In this document: piece after piece, positions 9,788 to 18,704 of the stretch
Layout of the letters: every line of letters starts with the position of its first letter
Position numbering within the stretch: the first letter of the stretch is position 1
Assembly: GCA_964476905.1 (NCBI GenBank)
Contig: CAYZHX010000001.1
Location: 16,712 to 80,711 of the forward strand
DNA: 64,000 bases
From: an uncultured Terriglobales bacterium
Lineage (GTDB): Bacteria; Acidobacteriota; Terriglobia; Terriglobales; Acidobacteriaceae
Reading direction: 5' to 3'
The notes under the pieces: model-generated
Told to the model about the DNA's origin: nothing
Databases searched by the model: none
Seen by the model: only the letters and a program-made list of their open reading frames with translations
Position numbers and translations under genes: made by a program

Positions 9788-12022
9788 TTGGTTTTACCCT
9801 CCGAACTCCGCACCTTTCCTGCGTCCGGCGCAGAAGCTGGTCCCGGTTTAGGGGCAGAAAAACCGAAAGCTCCGGCCAACAATCACGAGCGACGTTCCTA
9901 TCTACGAACCTCATCGCCGCTCGACCGCTCGCATTTTCGGCGCGCTCTGGTCGTGGCGATCTTATTGCCCTTTCTCATGGTGTCGCTTTTTAGTGCGGCA
10001 CTGCTGTGGGCGGTTCGGCAGGTTGTGGAGGCGGATCATGCCGTCCAGCACGCGGGTCAGATCGTCACACAGAGTTATCAAAGCCTGGCTTTGATTCTTG
10101 ATATGGAAACCGGCGTGCGCGGTTATCTCTCAACCGGAGACCGGGATTTTCTAGAGCCCTACGAGCAGTCCGGACCGAAGGTCGGCTCAGCACTACAAGG
10201 CCTCGACGATTTGATCGAAGAACAAGACATCCAGGAAGAACAGCACGTTTCCCATATCAAAACAGCGTTCAAAGATTGGCAGAAATTCGCCGAGGATTCG
10301 ATCCGCCAGCGTGGAGCTGGAGCTACAGCTGCAGCTGAGATCGACAATGCACGCGGCAAGTTCCTGATGGACAACATTCGTGACAACTTTGCCTCGCTGG
10401 TTGCGAGCGAAGAAGAGCGCCGGAATAATGCCCAAGTTTCGGCCCACAATGCAGCACGCCTGACGTCACGGCTAGGCATTTTGCTTGCAATCGCGGTGGC
10501 CGCGATCATTGTCATTTTCATCGGCTATGAGTTGTTCGCCCTCTCACATACCTACGAGACTTCACTCACCCGTTCAGATGCGCTAGCAAGGGAACTCGGC
10601 AGGCGCGAAGCCCACTTCCGTGTTCTGGCCGAAGCCATCCCGCAGATCGTATGGGCTACCACTCGGGATGGTAGTCCCCAATACTTCAACCAGCGCTGGT
10701 TTGAGTACACCGGCGCGACCGAGAAGTCGGAGGAACCCTGGCCGGAGCGGGTCCACCCTGAGCACCTCGATCAGACATGGACGGCATGGAAGCAATCGCT
10801 GTCATCGGGCGCTCCCTTGGTGATAGAAACCAAGCTGCGAGACTCCGCCGGCAACTATCGCTGGCACCTCGGACGCGCTCTTCCCTTGCGCAATGACAGA
10901 GGCGAAATTGCCCGCTGGATAGGAACCTTCACCGATATCGACGATCAGAAACGCGCAGAGGAAGCGATGAGCCGTTTGGCCGCAATCGTCGAAAGCTCTG
11001 AAGATGCAATCTACAGCAAGGATCTTGTAGGTCAGATCAAGAGCTGGAATCGAGGCGCGGAGAGGATGTATGGCTACTCGGCTGGAGAGATGATTGGGCA
11101 AAACGTCTCGCGGCTTACTCCGCCTGATCGGCTTCACGAGAATGTGGACATTCTCGAACTGCTCCGGCGGGGCGAGTCGATCGATCATATCGAGACGACT
11201 CGCCTGCGCAAAGATGGAACAGCCGTGGAAGTCTCCATGGCCGTCTCGCCGGTGCGGAATGGGATTGGCGAGATCGTGGGAGCTTCGACAATTGCGCGCG
11301 ACGTTACCGAGCGTAATCGAGCCACGGAGGCCCTGCGGAAAACAGAAAAACTCGCAGCCACCGGACGCCTCGCGGGTACGATGGCGCACGAGATCAACAA
11401 CCCACTGGAAGCGGTCACGCACCTCCTGTATTTAATCGACAAAAGTGCTTCGCTGGACCAGGCTGCGCGCAATTACACGCAGATCGCAATGGCGGAGGTC
11501 GATCGCATCGGACACATAGCCAAGCAGGCGCTCGGCTTCTATCGCGAAGCTTCTTCGCCCGTCGACGTGAAAATTTCTGAACTCGTCAGCAACGTCGTTG
11601 AGTTGTACAACGCAGGCGCGCAGAACAAAGGCGTCCATCTCGAAGCTCAGCTCGAGAATTACGCTTCGATCAAAGCTTTCCCTGGCGAGATGCGTCAGGT
11701 GTTTTCAAATCTCATCGTGAATGCGGTCGATGCCGTGGCCCGCGGCGGCATTGTTAAAGTTCGCGTAAAGCACGGACGCGATTGGGCTTCTCGAAAAATG
11801 GGAATTCGCGTGCTCGTCTCCGACAATGGTCCCGGAATTCCTGTCGACGTTCGCCCCCACATCTTCGAGCCATTTTTCACCACGAAGGGTGAACGAGGAA
11901 CGGGCGTCGGGCTGTGGGTTTCAGAGGGAGTGTTGGAAAAACAAGGCGGAAGGATGCGGCTAAAAAGCTCGACTGGACGCATGCACGGAACTACATTTTC
12001 TGTCTTCTTACCTTACAACTGA
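9788..12022 (+). CDS. sensor histidine kinase (CHASE3 - PAS - PAS - HisKA - HATPase)
   Basis: TM helix, then a CHASE3-like segment (METGVRGYLSTGDRDFLEPY). PAS regions (IPQIVWATTRDGSPQYFNQRW; IVESSEDAIYSKDLVGQIKSWNRGAERMYGY). H-box MAHEINNPL and ATPase motifs SDNGPGIP, GTGVGLWV. The ORF track start is TTG, so the exact start is uncertain. Confidence 0.85.
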   Translation: MVLPSELRTFPASGAEAGPGLGAEKPKAPANNHERRSYLRTSSPLDRSHFRRALVVAILLPFLMVSLFSAALLWAVRQVVEADHAVQHAGQIVTQSYQSLALILDMETGVRGYLSTGDRDFLEPYEQSGPKVGSALQGLDDLIEEQDIQEEQHVSHIKTAFKDWQKFAEDSIRQRGAGATAAAEIDNARGKFLMDNIRDNFASLVASEEERRNNAQVSAHNAARLTSRLGILLAIAVAAIIVIFIGYELFALSHTYETSLTRSDALARELGRREAHFRVLAEAIPQIVWATTRDGSPQYFNQRWFEYTGATEKSEEPWPERVHPEHLDQTWTAWKQSLSSGAPLVIETKLRDSAGNYRWHLGRALPLRNDRGEIARWIGTFTDIDDQKRAEEAMSRLAAIVESSEDAIYSKDLVGQIKSWNRGAERMYGYSAGEMIGQNVSRLTPPDRLHENVDILELLRRGESIDHIETTRLRKDGTAVEVSMAVSPVRNGIGEIVGASTIARDVTERNRATEALRKTEKLAATGRLAGTMAHEINNPLEAVTHLLYLIDKSASLDQAARNYTQIAMAEVDRIGHIAKQALGFYREASSPVDVKISELVSNVVELYNAGAQNKGVHLEAQLENYASIKAFPGEMRQVFSNLIVNAVDAVARGGIVKVRVKHGRDWASRKMGIRVLVSDNGPGIPVDVRPHIFEPFFTTKGERGTGVGLWVSEGVLEKQGGRMRLKSSTGRMHGTTFSVFLPYN

Positions 12023-12129
12023 CGGCTTCACAGTTGCCCGTGGCTGCCCGAGTCGCGTTTGAACCCCTTGCTTTCGGCGCGAACCAGATGAGGTCGAGTG
12101 TGAGTCGGGCTGAACACACGCCTATGAAA

Positions 12130-12924
12130 TTACGCAGCCACGCGATGTGCGAGAAACGCATTCACAGCATGCCGGAGCACATCCTGCACGTGATCATTGA
12201 ATGCGCGCAGGTCGGGAACGAGATTGCTGACGTCGGCGGCTAAAAGATTTTCCTGCACTACTTCGTAGACGGCCCTTTCCAAAGCGCGGAATTCTTCAAA
12301 GAGATCGTCGATTGAGCGACCCTGGTCGTGGCGAAGAGTGCCATGAGCAGCTCCCTGTGCGAAGCTCTCACGTTCTCTGCCGGGTTCAAGACCAACCACC
12401 AGCGCTGATACCAATTCGGGAAGGCCGCGGTTTACGTCGGTCTTGCGCGACTTTCGCGGTGAGGACACATAGGAAACCGTCAGCTCGATGATTTCATCCT
12501 GGCATTCTTCCATGATCTTCCGCACACGTTTGACCTGCAGTGGTTTATGCGGCGTGCGCTCCGAAATCCTGCGCTCGATGGTCTCTACCAAGCGTTCGAT
12601 CTGCGTCGGCTTGACTAGATAATCATCAACTTGGCTGCGAATCGCCTGAAGCGCCGATTCGAAACCGGGATATCCGGTGAGGATGAGCGTTACGCACTCC
12701 GGCTGGGTACGGCGCATCGCGCTGACCACCGTGAATCCATCGCCGGCATTGCCGATGTTTAGATCAGAGATGAGGACATCGAATTTGCGCGATTGGATCG
12801 CCGCCAGAGCCTCTGAAACGCTAGCGGCCACCTCTACCGTATGGCCATGCATCCGCAAAATCGCTGGAAGGGTGAGCCGGATGCTAGGCTCGTCATCCAC
12901 GAACAGCATGCGAAGCGGTGACAT
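12130..12924 (-). CDS. response regulator (REC domain plus RsbRD-N-like C-terminal domain)
   Basis: REC signatures LFVDDEP, phospho-acceptor context FDVLISDLNI, and LVKP. Non-DNA-binding helical C-terminal half. Convergent with the histidine kinase. Confidence 0.8.
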   Translation of the reverse strand: MSPLRMLFVDDEPSIRLTLPAILRMHGHTVEVAASVSEALAAIQSRKFDVLISDLNIGNAGDGFTVVSAMRRTQPECVTLILTGYPGFESALQAIRSQVDDYLVKPTQIERLVETIERRISERTPHKPLQVKRVRKIMEECQDEIIELTVSYVSSPRKSRKTDVNRGLPELVSALVVGLEPGRERESFAQGAAHGTLRHDQGRSIDDLFEEFRALERAVYEVVQENLLAADVSNLVPDLRAFNDHVQDVLRHAVNAFLAHRVAA

Positions 12925-13008
12925 GAAAACCTCGGATCGAGCATCCGAACAGAGTTCAGTCTCACTGGCGTTTCGCTGAACTTCCTTCTACATAGATGCC
13001 AATTATGG

Positions 13009-13656
13009 CTATTTCGTATAGACGGTGAGATCGAGCATGCCGTTAATCTCGTCGGGGCTGTGTTGATCGCGAGAGAAGACGACGGCGCGCTTGCCTTCTT
13101 CTCGAAGTGGGTCAAAGAGTTGCAACTCTGTGATGACAAACATTTTGTTTCCAGAATCCGCTATGTATTCGTCGTACGTCAGTCCGGTAAGCAGATAGGG
13201 GCGGTTGCGCCATAACAGCATTAATGGTCGACTTTGACGTATTGATGCGATTAGCAAGTCGGGCTGCGCGGGCGCTCCTGGAATGAAGCGGGCCTTCAAA
13301 ACAAACTTCTGGCCATCCGCCATCACGTAGTCACGGCTGATTTGCTTAGCCAGATCTTCAGAATCTCCAGCCATGTCGAGACAACGGGAGCCGCCGTACA
13401 GCCTGTCGACGAGATACTGCTGGCCGATGTGAATCCCACGCGCAGCTACCATGTCGCTGACGACTGCTACCCATCCCCAATTCACGCAGGGACGCTCTGC
13501 GGGTTCTAAGTCCAGCTTCTCTGCCTCCACTTTGTGTTTGTGCAGCACCCAGAAGGGGGATGCGCTCTGCTTGCCTCCAGCATTCAGCGGCGCGAAAGTG
13601 CAAACAACACAGGCCCAAATACTCAAAGCCATATATATCGACGACGGCTTTCCCAT
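13009..13656 (-). CDS. secreted hypothetical protein (possible papain/C39-like cysteine peptidase fold)
   Basis: Signal-peptide-like N-terminus (IYMALSIWACVVCTFAPLNAG). Candidate nucleophile context RPCVNWGWVAVVSDMVAARG. No firm family recognised. Confidence 0.45.
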   Translation of the reverse strand: MGKPSSIYMALSIWACVVCTFAPLNAGGKQSASPFWVLHKHKVEAEKLDLEPAERPCVNWGWVAVVSDMVAARGIHIGQQYLVDRLYGGSRCLDMAGDSEDLAKQISRDYVMADGQKFVLKARFIPGAPAQPDLLIASIRQSRPLMLLWRNRPYLLTGLTYDEYIADSGNKMFVITELQLFDPLREEGKRAVVFSRDQHSPDEINGMLDLTVYTK

Positions 13657-14122
13657 TTCGATACTTTACGCCTGATCTCCCGCTCTGCTTATTGACGTCG
13701 TAGATGCTATCCAAGAGTCAGCGAACTCTCGAATCGAAAAAAGTCAGGCGCGCAAGTGTTAGGTTAGCGCTATAAGAGTTGCCGGACGGCAAATAGGGAT
13801 GAACCGTGGAAGCGTAACGCTATCGGCAGCCCCTCAACCTTTCTTTTGAGCATGCAGGCGCAGTATGGACGAAACCGCCAATACCGCCGCAAACACGATC
13901 GCCACGCTCATAAAAAGCCCCCAAGGACTGTAGTCAGCCTATTGGATGCAGCTTCGCGTAACAAGATTACCGGCGCGTTTGTCGTGGCCATTACTGATGT
14001 ATTCTTCGGCGCTATACCTAAGCCGCAACTTTTGGAACCCTGAGCGGTTGAGGGTATCTGCTGATAAAACCGCCAGTAAAGACCCGTTCGCGGATGACGG
14101 AATTTGTCAGTCGCATTAAACT

Positions 14123-14368
14123 ATGCGTGTGAGCCGCCGCCTGAAATTCATATTGTTGATGGTAGTAGTTGCGGCGATGCTTTACGTGCTTATCTCCCCG
14201 CTGCCGGAACTGGCGGCAACGAGTACTCTTAATTTTCCCGTTCTTCCGCTGGCGATCATTCTCCTGGTCCAGAATCTCGCGGTTTGCGTGCGTGGGTCAG
14301 CCCCGCAAGGTACGGATGTATCGCTGGATGATGATTTGCCCTCGCGGAACTGCGCCCTGCTTTGTTAA
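14123..14368 (+). CDS. small hydrophobic hypothetical protein (81 aa)
   Basis: Two predicted TM helices (FILLMVVVAAMLYVLI, FPVLPLAIILLVQNLAV). No recognisable family. Coding status uncertain. Confidence 0.3.
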   Translation: MRVSRRLKFILLMVVVAAMLYVLISPLPELAATSTLNFPVLPLAIILLVQNLAVCVRGSAPQGTDVSLDDDLPSRNCALLC

Positions 14369-14471
14369 TCTCTACTCCCCCTCGTTGTCGGCAAGTTTTT
14401 GACCAGTTTTTCAGATTTTGCTTGATTGATGCCGGTAATAGTGGCATCTAAAGGGCATCGCGGAGGATGTA

Positions 14472-15281
14472 ATGGGGCACTGGAAAGAGATCATGCTGCG
14501 GGGAGCGGTAATACCGTTCCAGCAAGTGGCGATGTTGCGTGAGCAAGTAGCCACGTTGCGCGGCTCATCCAGTAATGAAGAGCGAATGCGGCATGAGCTC
14601 GTTCGTTTCGGGGCCATGCTGCACGAGAATGGGTTCGTTGCCGCGACTGACGGCAATCTGTCGGTGCGACTCGAAGACGGCCGCCTGATGATCACACCCA
14701 GCGGCTTTAGCAAAGGGATGATGGAGCCGCGGGACATTGTGATCGTAGATCCTTCCGGCAAAAAGCTTACCGGCAGCCACAACGCGTCCAGCGAGATCCA
14801 GATGCACCTTGCCATTTATCAGGACCGGCGCGATGTAAACGCCGTGGTGCACGCGCATCCCTGCACCGCCACCGCCTTTGCTTGTAGCGGAATAGCACTG
14901 GAAGAGCCAATCTGCGCTGAAGTGGTTATGACCTTGGGCAAGGTCCCACTTGCGCCGTATGGGACGACTGGAACGCCGGAGCTGACAACGAACATCCGCC
15001 CTTTCATCGCGGAGCATTCCGCCATCCTGCTGGCCAATCATGGCGTAGTGACTTACGCCGAGGACCTTCTTACCGCATATTTGAAGATGGAGGCGGTGGA
15101 GCATTTTGCCAAAGTTACGTTAGCAGCCCGGCAGATCGGTGCTCCACAGGTTCTGAATGCAGTCCAGCTCGATGCTCTGGAAGTCGCGAAACAACGCTAT
15201 CTCAACCGCCGACCCGCGAAGGCTTCCCAGCCTGAGTTGACGTTTGCCTTCGCCCTCTCCCAGCTCGCGCGTAGGAACTAA
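14472..15281 (+). CDS. class II aldolase/adducin family protein
   Basis: ATDGNLSVR, ITPSG, SSEIQMHLAIY and the zinc-ligand context VVHAHP are typical of the fuculose-phosphate aldolase / MtnB family. Confidence 0.8.
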   Translation: MGHWKEIMLRGAVIPFQQVAMLREQVATLRGSSSNEERMRHELVRFGAMLHENGFVAATDGNLSVRLEDGRLMITPSGFSKGMMEPRDIVIVDPSGKKLTGSHNASSEIQMHLAIYQDRRDVNAVVHAHPCTATAFACSGIALEEPICAEVVMTLGKVPLAPYGTTGTPELTTNIRPFIAEHSAILLANHGVVTYAEDLLTAYLKMEAVEHFAKVTLAARQIGAPQVLNAVQLDALEVAKQRYLNRRPAKASQPELTFAFALSQLARRN

Positions 15282-15287
15282 CCGGAC

Positions 15288-15305
15288 CACCGCCGAAGGG
15301 CGGTG
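15288..15305 (+). terminator. GC-rich hairpin 7 nt after the aldolase stop (weak terminator candidate)
   Basis: CACCGCC-GAAG-GGCGGTG: 7-bp stem with a GAAG loop. Only a distant, weak T-run follows (..ATGTTTTA). Confidence 0.3.
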
Positions 15306-15464
15306 CGGCAGATAATGTTTTACCGTGTCTTAAGCGAGGGCTGCTACAGATGAGGCGCCCCGGAACTTGCATTCCCCTTTCGTCCCACAGCTGGCCCACC
15401 CGGTTCCGTGAAACAATTCCGCAGGAAATCCCGTAAACTTAACTGAGCCACTAAGGCCATCTCC

Positions 15465-16703
15465 ATGAACATTAGTGAAGCCATGCGCATCGCCCTGCAA
15501 TCTCTGTGGGCGAACAAGCTCCGCTCTGTGCTTACTTTGCTCGGAGTGGTGATCGGCGTGTCTTCTGTGATCGCCGTGGTCACGTTCGTGAATGGCATCA
15601 ACGGCTATGTTGCGGAGAAGGTTTTCAATCTCGGCGCCGACGTCTTCATCGTCAGCAAGCAGAAGAACGTCATCACCAATTTTGAAGACTACATGACCGG
15701 CCAAAAGCGCAAGAACTTCCAACTCGATGACTATGAAGCCATCCGCGACGAGTGTACGGAATGCAAGGTAGTCGGCGCGTCTCTTTACAAGTTCAACGGT
15801 GTGGTGAAGTTTTCGCAAGCATCGAGTTCAGACACGCAGGTCCGCGGCTGGACTCCTTCGATGGGCCGCATCTACGACCTTGATGTTGTGAACGGCCGGA
15901 ACATCAGCGACGCTGACGAGCACTCGAATCGTCAGGTGGTCGTGATCGGTAACGACATTCTCGAAAACCTCGTCGGTGCTACCGACCCAATCGGCAAAGA
16001 ACTGCGTATTGATGGTGATGCCTACACGATCATCGGTGTAGGAAAAAAAGAAGGCAAGACCCTGGGCCAGAGCCGCGATAACTGGGTCATGTTGCCGCTC
16101 ACGACGTTCATATCGAAATACGGCTCACACGACAATAGCAACAGTATCAAGATCTGGGGCAAAGGTTATGACGTTGGCGTGCCCATGACGAATGCCATGG
16201 ACCAAGTACGAGTGATCCTGCGCACGCGTCGCCACGATGCTCCCGGCGCCGCCGACAGCTTCGAGATAGATACCAACCAGACTTTCATCAGCCTGTGGGC
16301 AAGCATCAGCCAAAACTTCTTTCTCGTGACCGTTGCGATTGCGTCGATCTCGCTGCTTGTTGGCGGAATCGTGATCATGAACATCATGCTGGTTTCCGTC
16401 ACAGAACGGACCCGTGAGATTGGCATCCGGAAAGCGCTCGGAGCTAAGCGTCGCGACGTGCTCAGCCAGTTCCTGATCGAGTCAGGAACTATGGCTCTGG
16501 TTGGGGGAATTATTGGAACGATCGGCGGGATCTTCATCGCGAAAGTGGTTACGCTTCTGATCGGCATGCCATCGGCAATCGCATTATGGGCAGTGATCGC
16601 GGCATTGCTGGTGTCAGCCAGCGTAGGAATTTTCTTTGGTGTCTATCCCGCGCGGAAGGCTGCGAAACTCGATCCCATCGTGGCGCTCAGGGCGGAATTG
16701 TAG
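15465..16703 (+). CDS. ABC transporter permease, MacB/FtsX family
   Basis: N-terminal TM (LRSVLTLLGVVIGVSSVIAVV), a large periplasmic domain, and a C-terminal FtsX block ([23 protein letters not shown]). Confidence 0.9.
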   Translation: MNISEAMRIALQSLWANKLRSVLTLLGVVIGVSSVIAVVTFVNGINGYVAEKVFNLGADVFIVSKQKNVITNFEDYMTGQKRKNFQLDDYEAIRDECTECKVVGASLYKFNGVVKFSQASSSDTQVRGWTPSMGRIYDLDVVNGRNISDADEHSNRQVVVIGNDILENLVGATDPIGKELRIDGDAYTIIGVGKKEGKTLGQSRDNWVMLPLTTFISKYGSHDNSNSIKIWGKGYDVGVPMTNAMDQVRVILRTRRHDAPGAADSFEIDTNQTFISLWASISQNFFLVTVAIASISLLVGGIVIMNIMLVSVTERTREIGIRKALGAKRRDVLSQFLIESGTMALVGGIIGTIGGIFIAKVVTLLIGMPSAIALWAVIAALLVSASVGIFFGVYPARKAAKLDPIVALRAEL

Positions 16704-16706
16704 ATC

Positions 16707-17966
16707 ATGCAAGGTAAGGACCATCTCGAAACCGTCCACATGGCGATGGACACCATCTCGAAGAACAAGCTGCGCTCTGGCTTAACTGTTCTTGGCATTG
16801 TCATTGGCGTGATGACAGTGATCGCCATCTCATCCGTAGTTCGCGGGCTCAATTCACGCATTCAGGAGCAGGTTGCCGAGATGGGCTCGAACGTAATCTG
16901 GGTCTACCGCTTCGATGTGTTCCAGTTTGGAAGGCCCAAACCGGAACTGCTTCAGCGCAAAGAGCTGTCGCTTGACGACGCAATGGCATTGCGCGACCTA
17001 CCCTATGTGAGCTCAGTTTGTGCCGGCGTGCGATATGTAAACCCGATCTTCCAGGCCGGCATTTACTCCGTGAAGTACAAAGGTCGGAAGGCGACCAATA
17101 CGATCCTGGAAGGCGACACTGCCTCGGTGAAGGACGTATACGACATTGCTCTGAAGGACGGACGCTTCTTTACTCAAGAAGAAGACGAGCGGCGCGCGAA
17201 TGTGATCGCGATTGGTTACGACACCGCAGAGGAGCTGTTCGGCGACGAGCCTGCAATCGGCAAAGAAATCACCATCGAAGGCGAACTCTTTACCGTGATT
17301 GCCGTGGCCGATAAACGAAAGTCTGGAATCGGAGGCGGAAAGAATCCAGAAGACAACATCGTTTATTTCCCTCTGCACACTTTCAAAAAGCTCCATCCTG
17401 AGCTGAAGGATCATTGGGTCAGCGTAAAGGCGGAATCGCATGCCTCATTGGATGCAGTGAAAGACGAAGTCCGCGAAGTGCTGCGCCGGCGTCGTCACGT
17501 GAGATTCAATCAGCCGGATAACTTCGCAATCTTCACTCCAGACGCTCTTTCCGATTTCTGGAACCAACTCACGGGCGGAATCTTCGTATTCATGTTTGCT
17601 GTTTCCAGCGTCGGCCTCATGGTTGGCGGAGTCGGCGTGATGAATATCATGCTGGTCTCCGTCACCGAGCGAACGCGCGAGATCGGGGTGCGCAAAGCTA
17701 TCGGTGCGACGAAGCGCAATATTCTTTTTCAGTTCACGCTGGAGGCAATCACCCTGTGCGCTCTTGGCGGCGTGATCGGGATCATCATTGGTGGGATCAT
17801 CACATGGTCGATTCGCGCGGCATTTCAAGCGCTGCCGGCTACTATGTCGGTTTATTGGACCGTAGCGGCGTTCTCTGTCTCGTGCTCGATCGGCCTCCTG
17901 TTCGGGATTTACCCAGCGTGGAAGGCCGCGAATCTCGATCCTATCGAGGCACTCAGATACGAGTAA
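16707..17966 (+). CDS. ABC transporter permease, MacB/FtsX family (paralogue)
   Basis: Same architecture as the upstream gene ([20 protein letters not shown]; [23 protein letters not shown]). 3-nt intergenic gap. Confidence 0.9.
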   Translation: MQGKDHLETVHMAMDTISKNKLRSGLTVLGIVIGVMTVIAISSVVRGLNSRIQEQVAEMGSNVIWVYRFDVFQFGRPKPELLQRKELSLDDAMALRDLPYVSSVCAGVRYVNPIFQAGIYSVKYKGRKATNTILEGDTASVKDVYDIALKDGRFFTQEEDERRANVIAIGYDTAEELFGDEPAIGKEITIEGELFTVIAVADKRKSGIGGGKNPEDNIVYFPLHTFKKLHPELKDHWVSVKAESHASLDAVKDEVREVLRRRRHVRFNQPDNFAIFTPDALSDFWNQLTGGIFVFMFAVSSVGLMVGGVGVMNIMLVSVTERTREIGVRKAIGATKRNILFQFTLEAITLCALGGVIGIIIGGIITWSIRAAFQALPATMSVYWTVAAFSVSCSIGLLFGIYPAWKAANLDPIEALRYE

Positions 17967-18080
17967 GGACGTAGCACAAACCTATTAAGCGTCGGACTCG
18001 TATGTCACAGTACAAACGATAACAAGACTTAAGGTGGTCGTCGTAGGACAATTCCACTTCATTCGACGTCTACTTATATT

Positions 18081-18527
18081 GTGAACGTTAGAAGTTTCGC
18101 TAAGTCTCTTCTCACACTGGCTGCCATCGCGCTAACCAGTTATTTCGTCGAAATGCACCTTCATGGTAAGGGCGTGCCCGGTCGAGATCTAATTCTGCTT
18201 TCAAACGTAATGGTTGGCCTCGTGGGAGCTGCGCTGGTCTACGTCTTATCTGTTCGCGAGCGCCAGCGCCAGCAGTACGTCGAATGCCGACTCCGCGTGA
18301 TCGCGGAGATGAACCATCACATCCGCAATGCCTTGCAGGTGATCGCCTTTTACAGCCGCAAAGGCCAGACACAAGAAGTAGGAATCGTGGAAGCGGTTGA
18401 TCGCATTCAATGGGCACTGCGCGAAGTACTGCCGCAACTGCCGGAACGGCCGCCGCGCAAGCACGATAGTCCACGCGTGCTTGAAATTCAGAAGTTCCGA
18501 GCGACCCATTCAGGTTCGCTTAATTAA
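18081..18527 (+). CDS. membrane protein with stand-alone HisKA_2/HWE-like DHp helix (no ATPase domain)
   Basis: GTG start and two TM helices, then the H-box-like AEMNHHIRNALQVIAFY. The ORF ends about 60 aa later, so no HATPase_c domain is possible. Confidence 0.5.
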   Translation: MNVRSFAKSLLTLAAIALTSYFVEMHLHGKGVPGRDLILLSNVMVGLVGAALVYVLSVRERQRQQYVECRLRVIAEMNHHIRNALQVIAFYSRKGQTQEVGIVEAVDRIQWALREVLPQLPERPPRKHDSPRVLEIQKFRATHSGSLN

Positions 18528-18656
18528 TCAATAAGCCGGGAGGGCGGGAAATCTCAATTCTCCGCGATCTTTCACTCCGAAAAGACACAGAGTTTCTGAA
18601 GCAATCGCGCAGCAGTCGCAATCTCGATGACTGTCGATGCGTTGGTCCGCAACAAA

Positions 18657-18689
18657 AAAGAGCAGCCCTTTAGGCTGCTCTTTAGCTTT
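18657..18689. terminator. bidirectional rho-independent terminator between the convergent 18081-18527 gene and ftsH
   Basis: AAAAAAG-AGAGCAGCC-CTTTA-GGCTGCTCT-TT: perfect 9-bp stem. On the minus strand the stem is followed by TTTTTTG. Confidence 0.8.
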
Positions 18690-18704
18690 CGGTTTATGGA
18701 TCCC

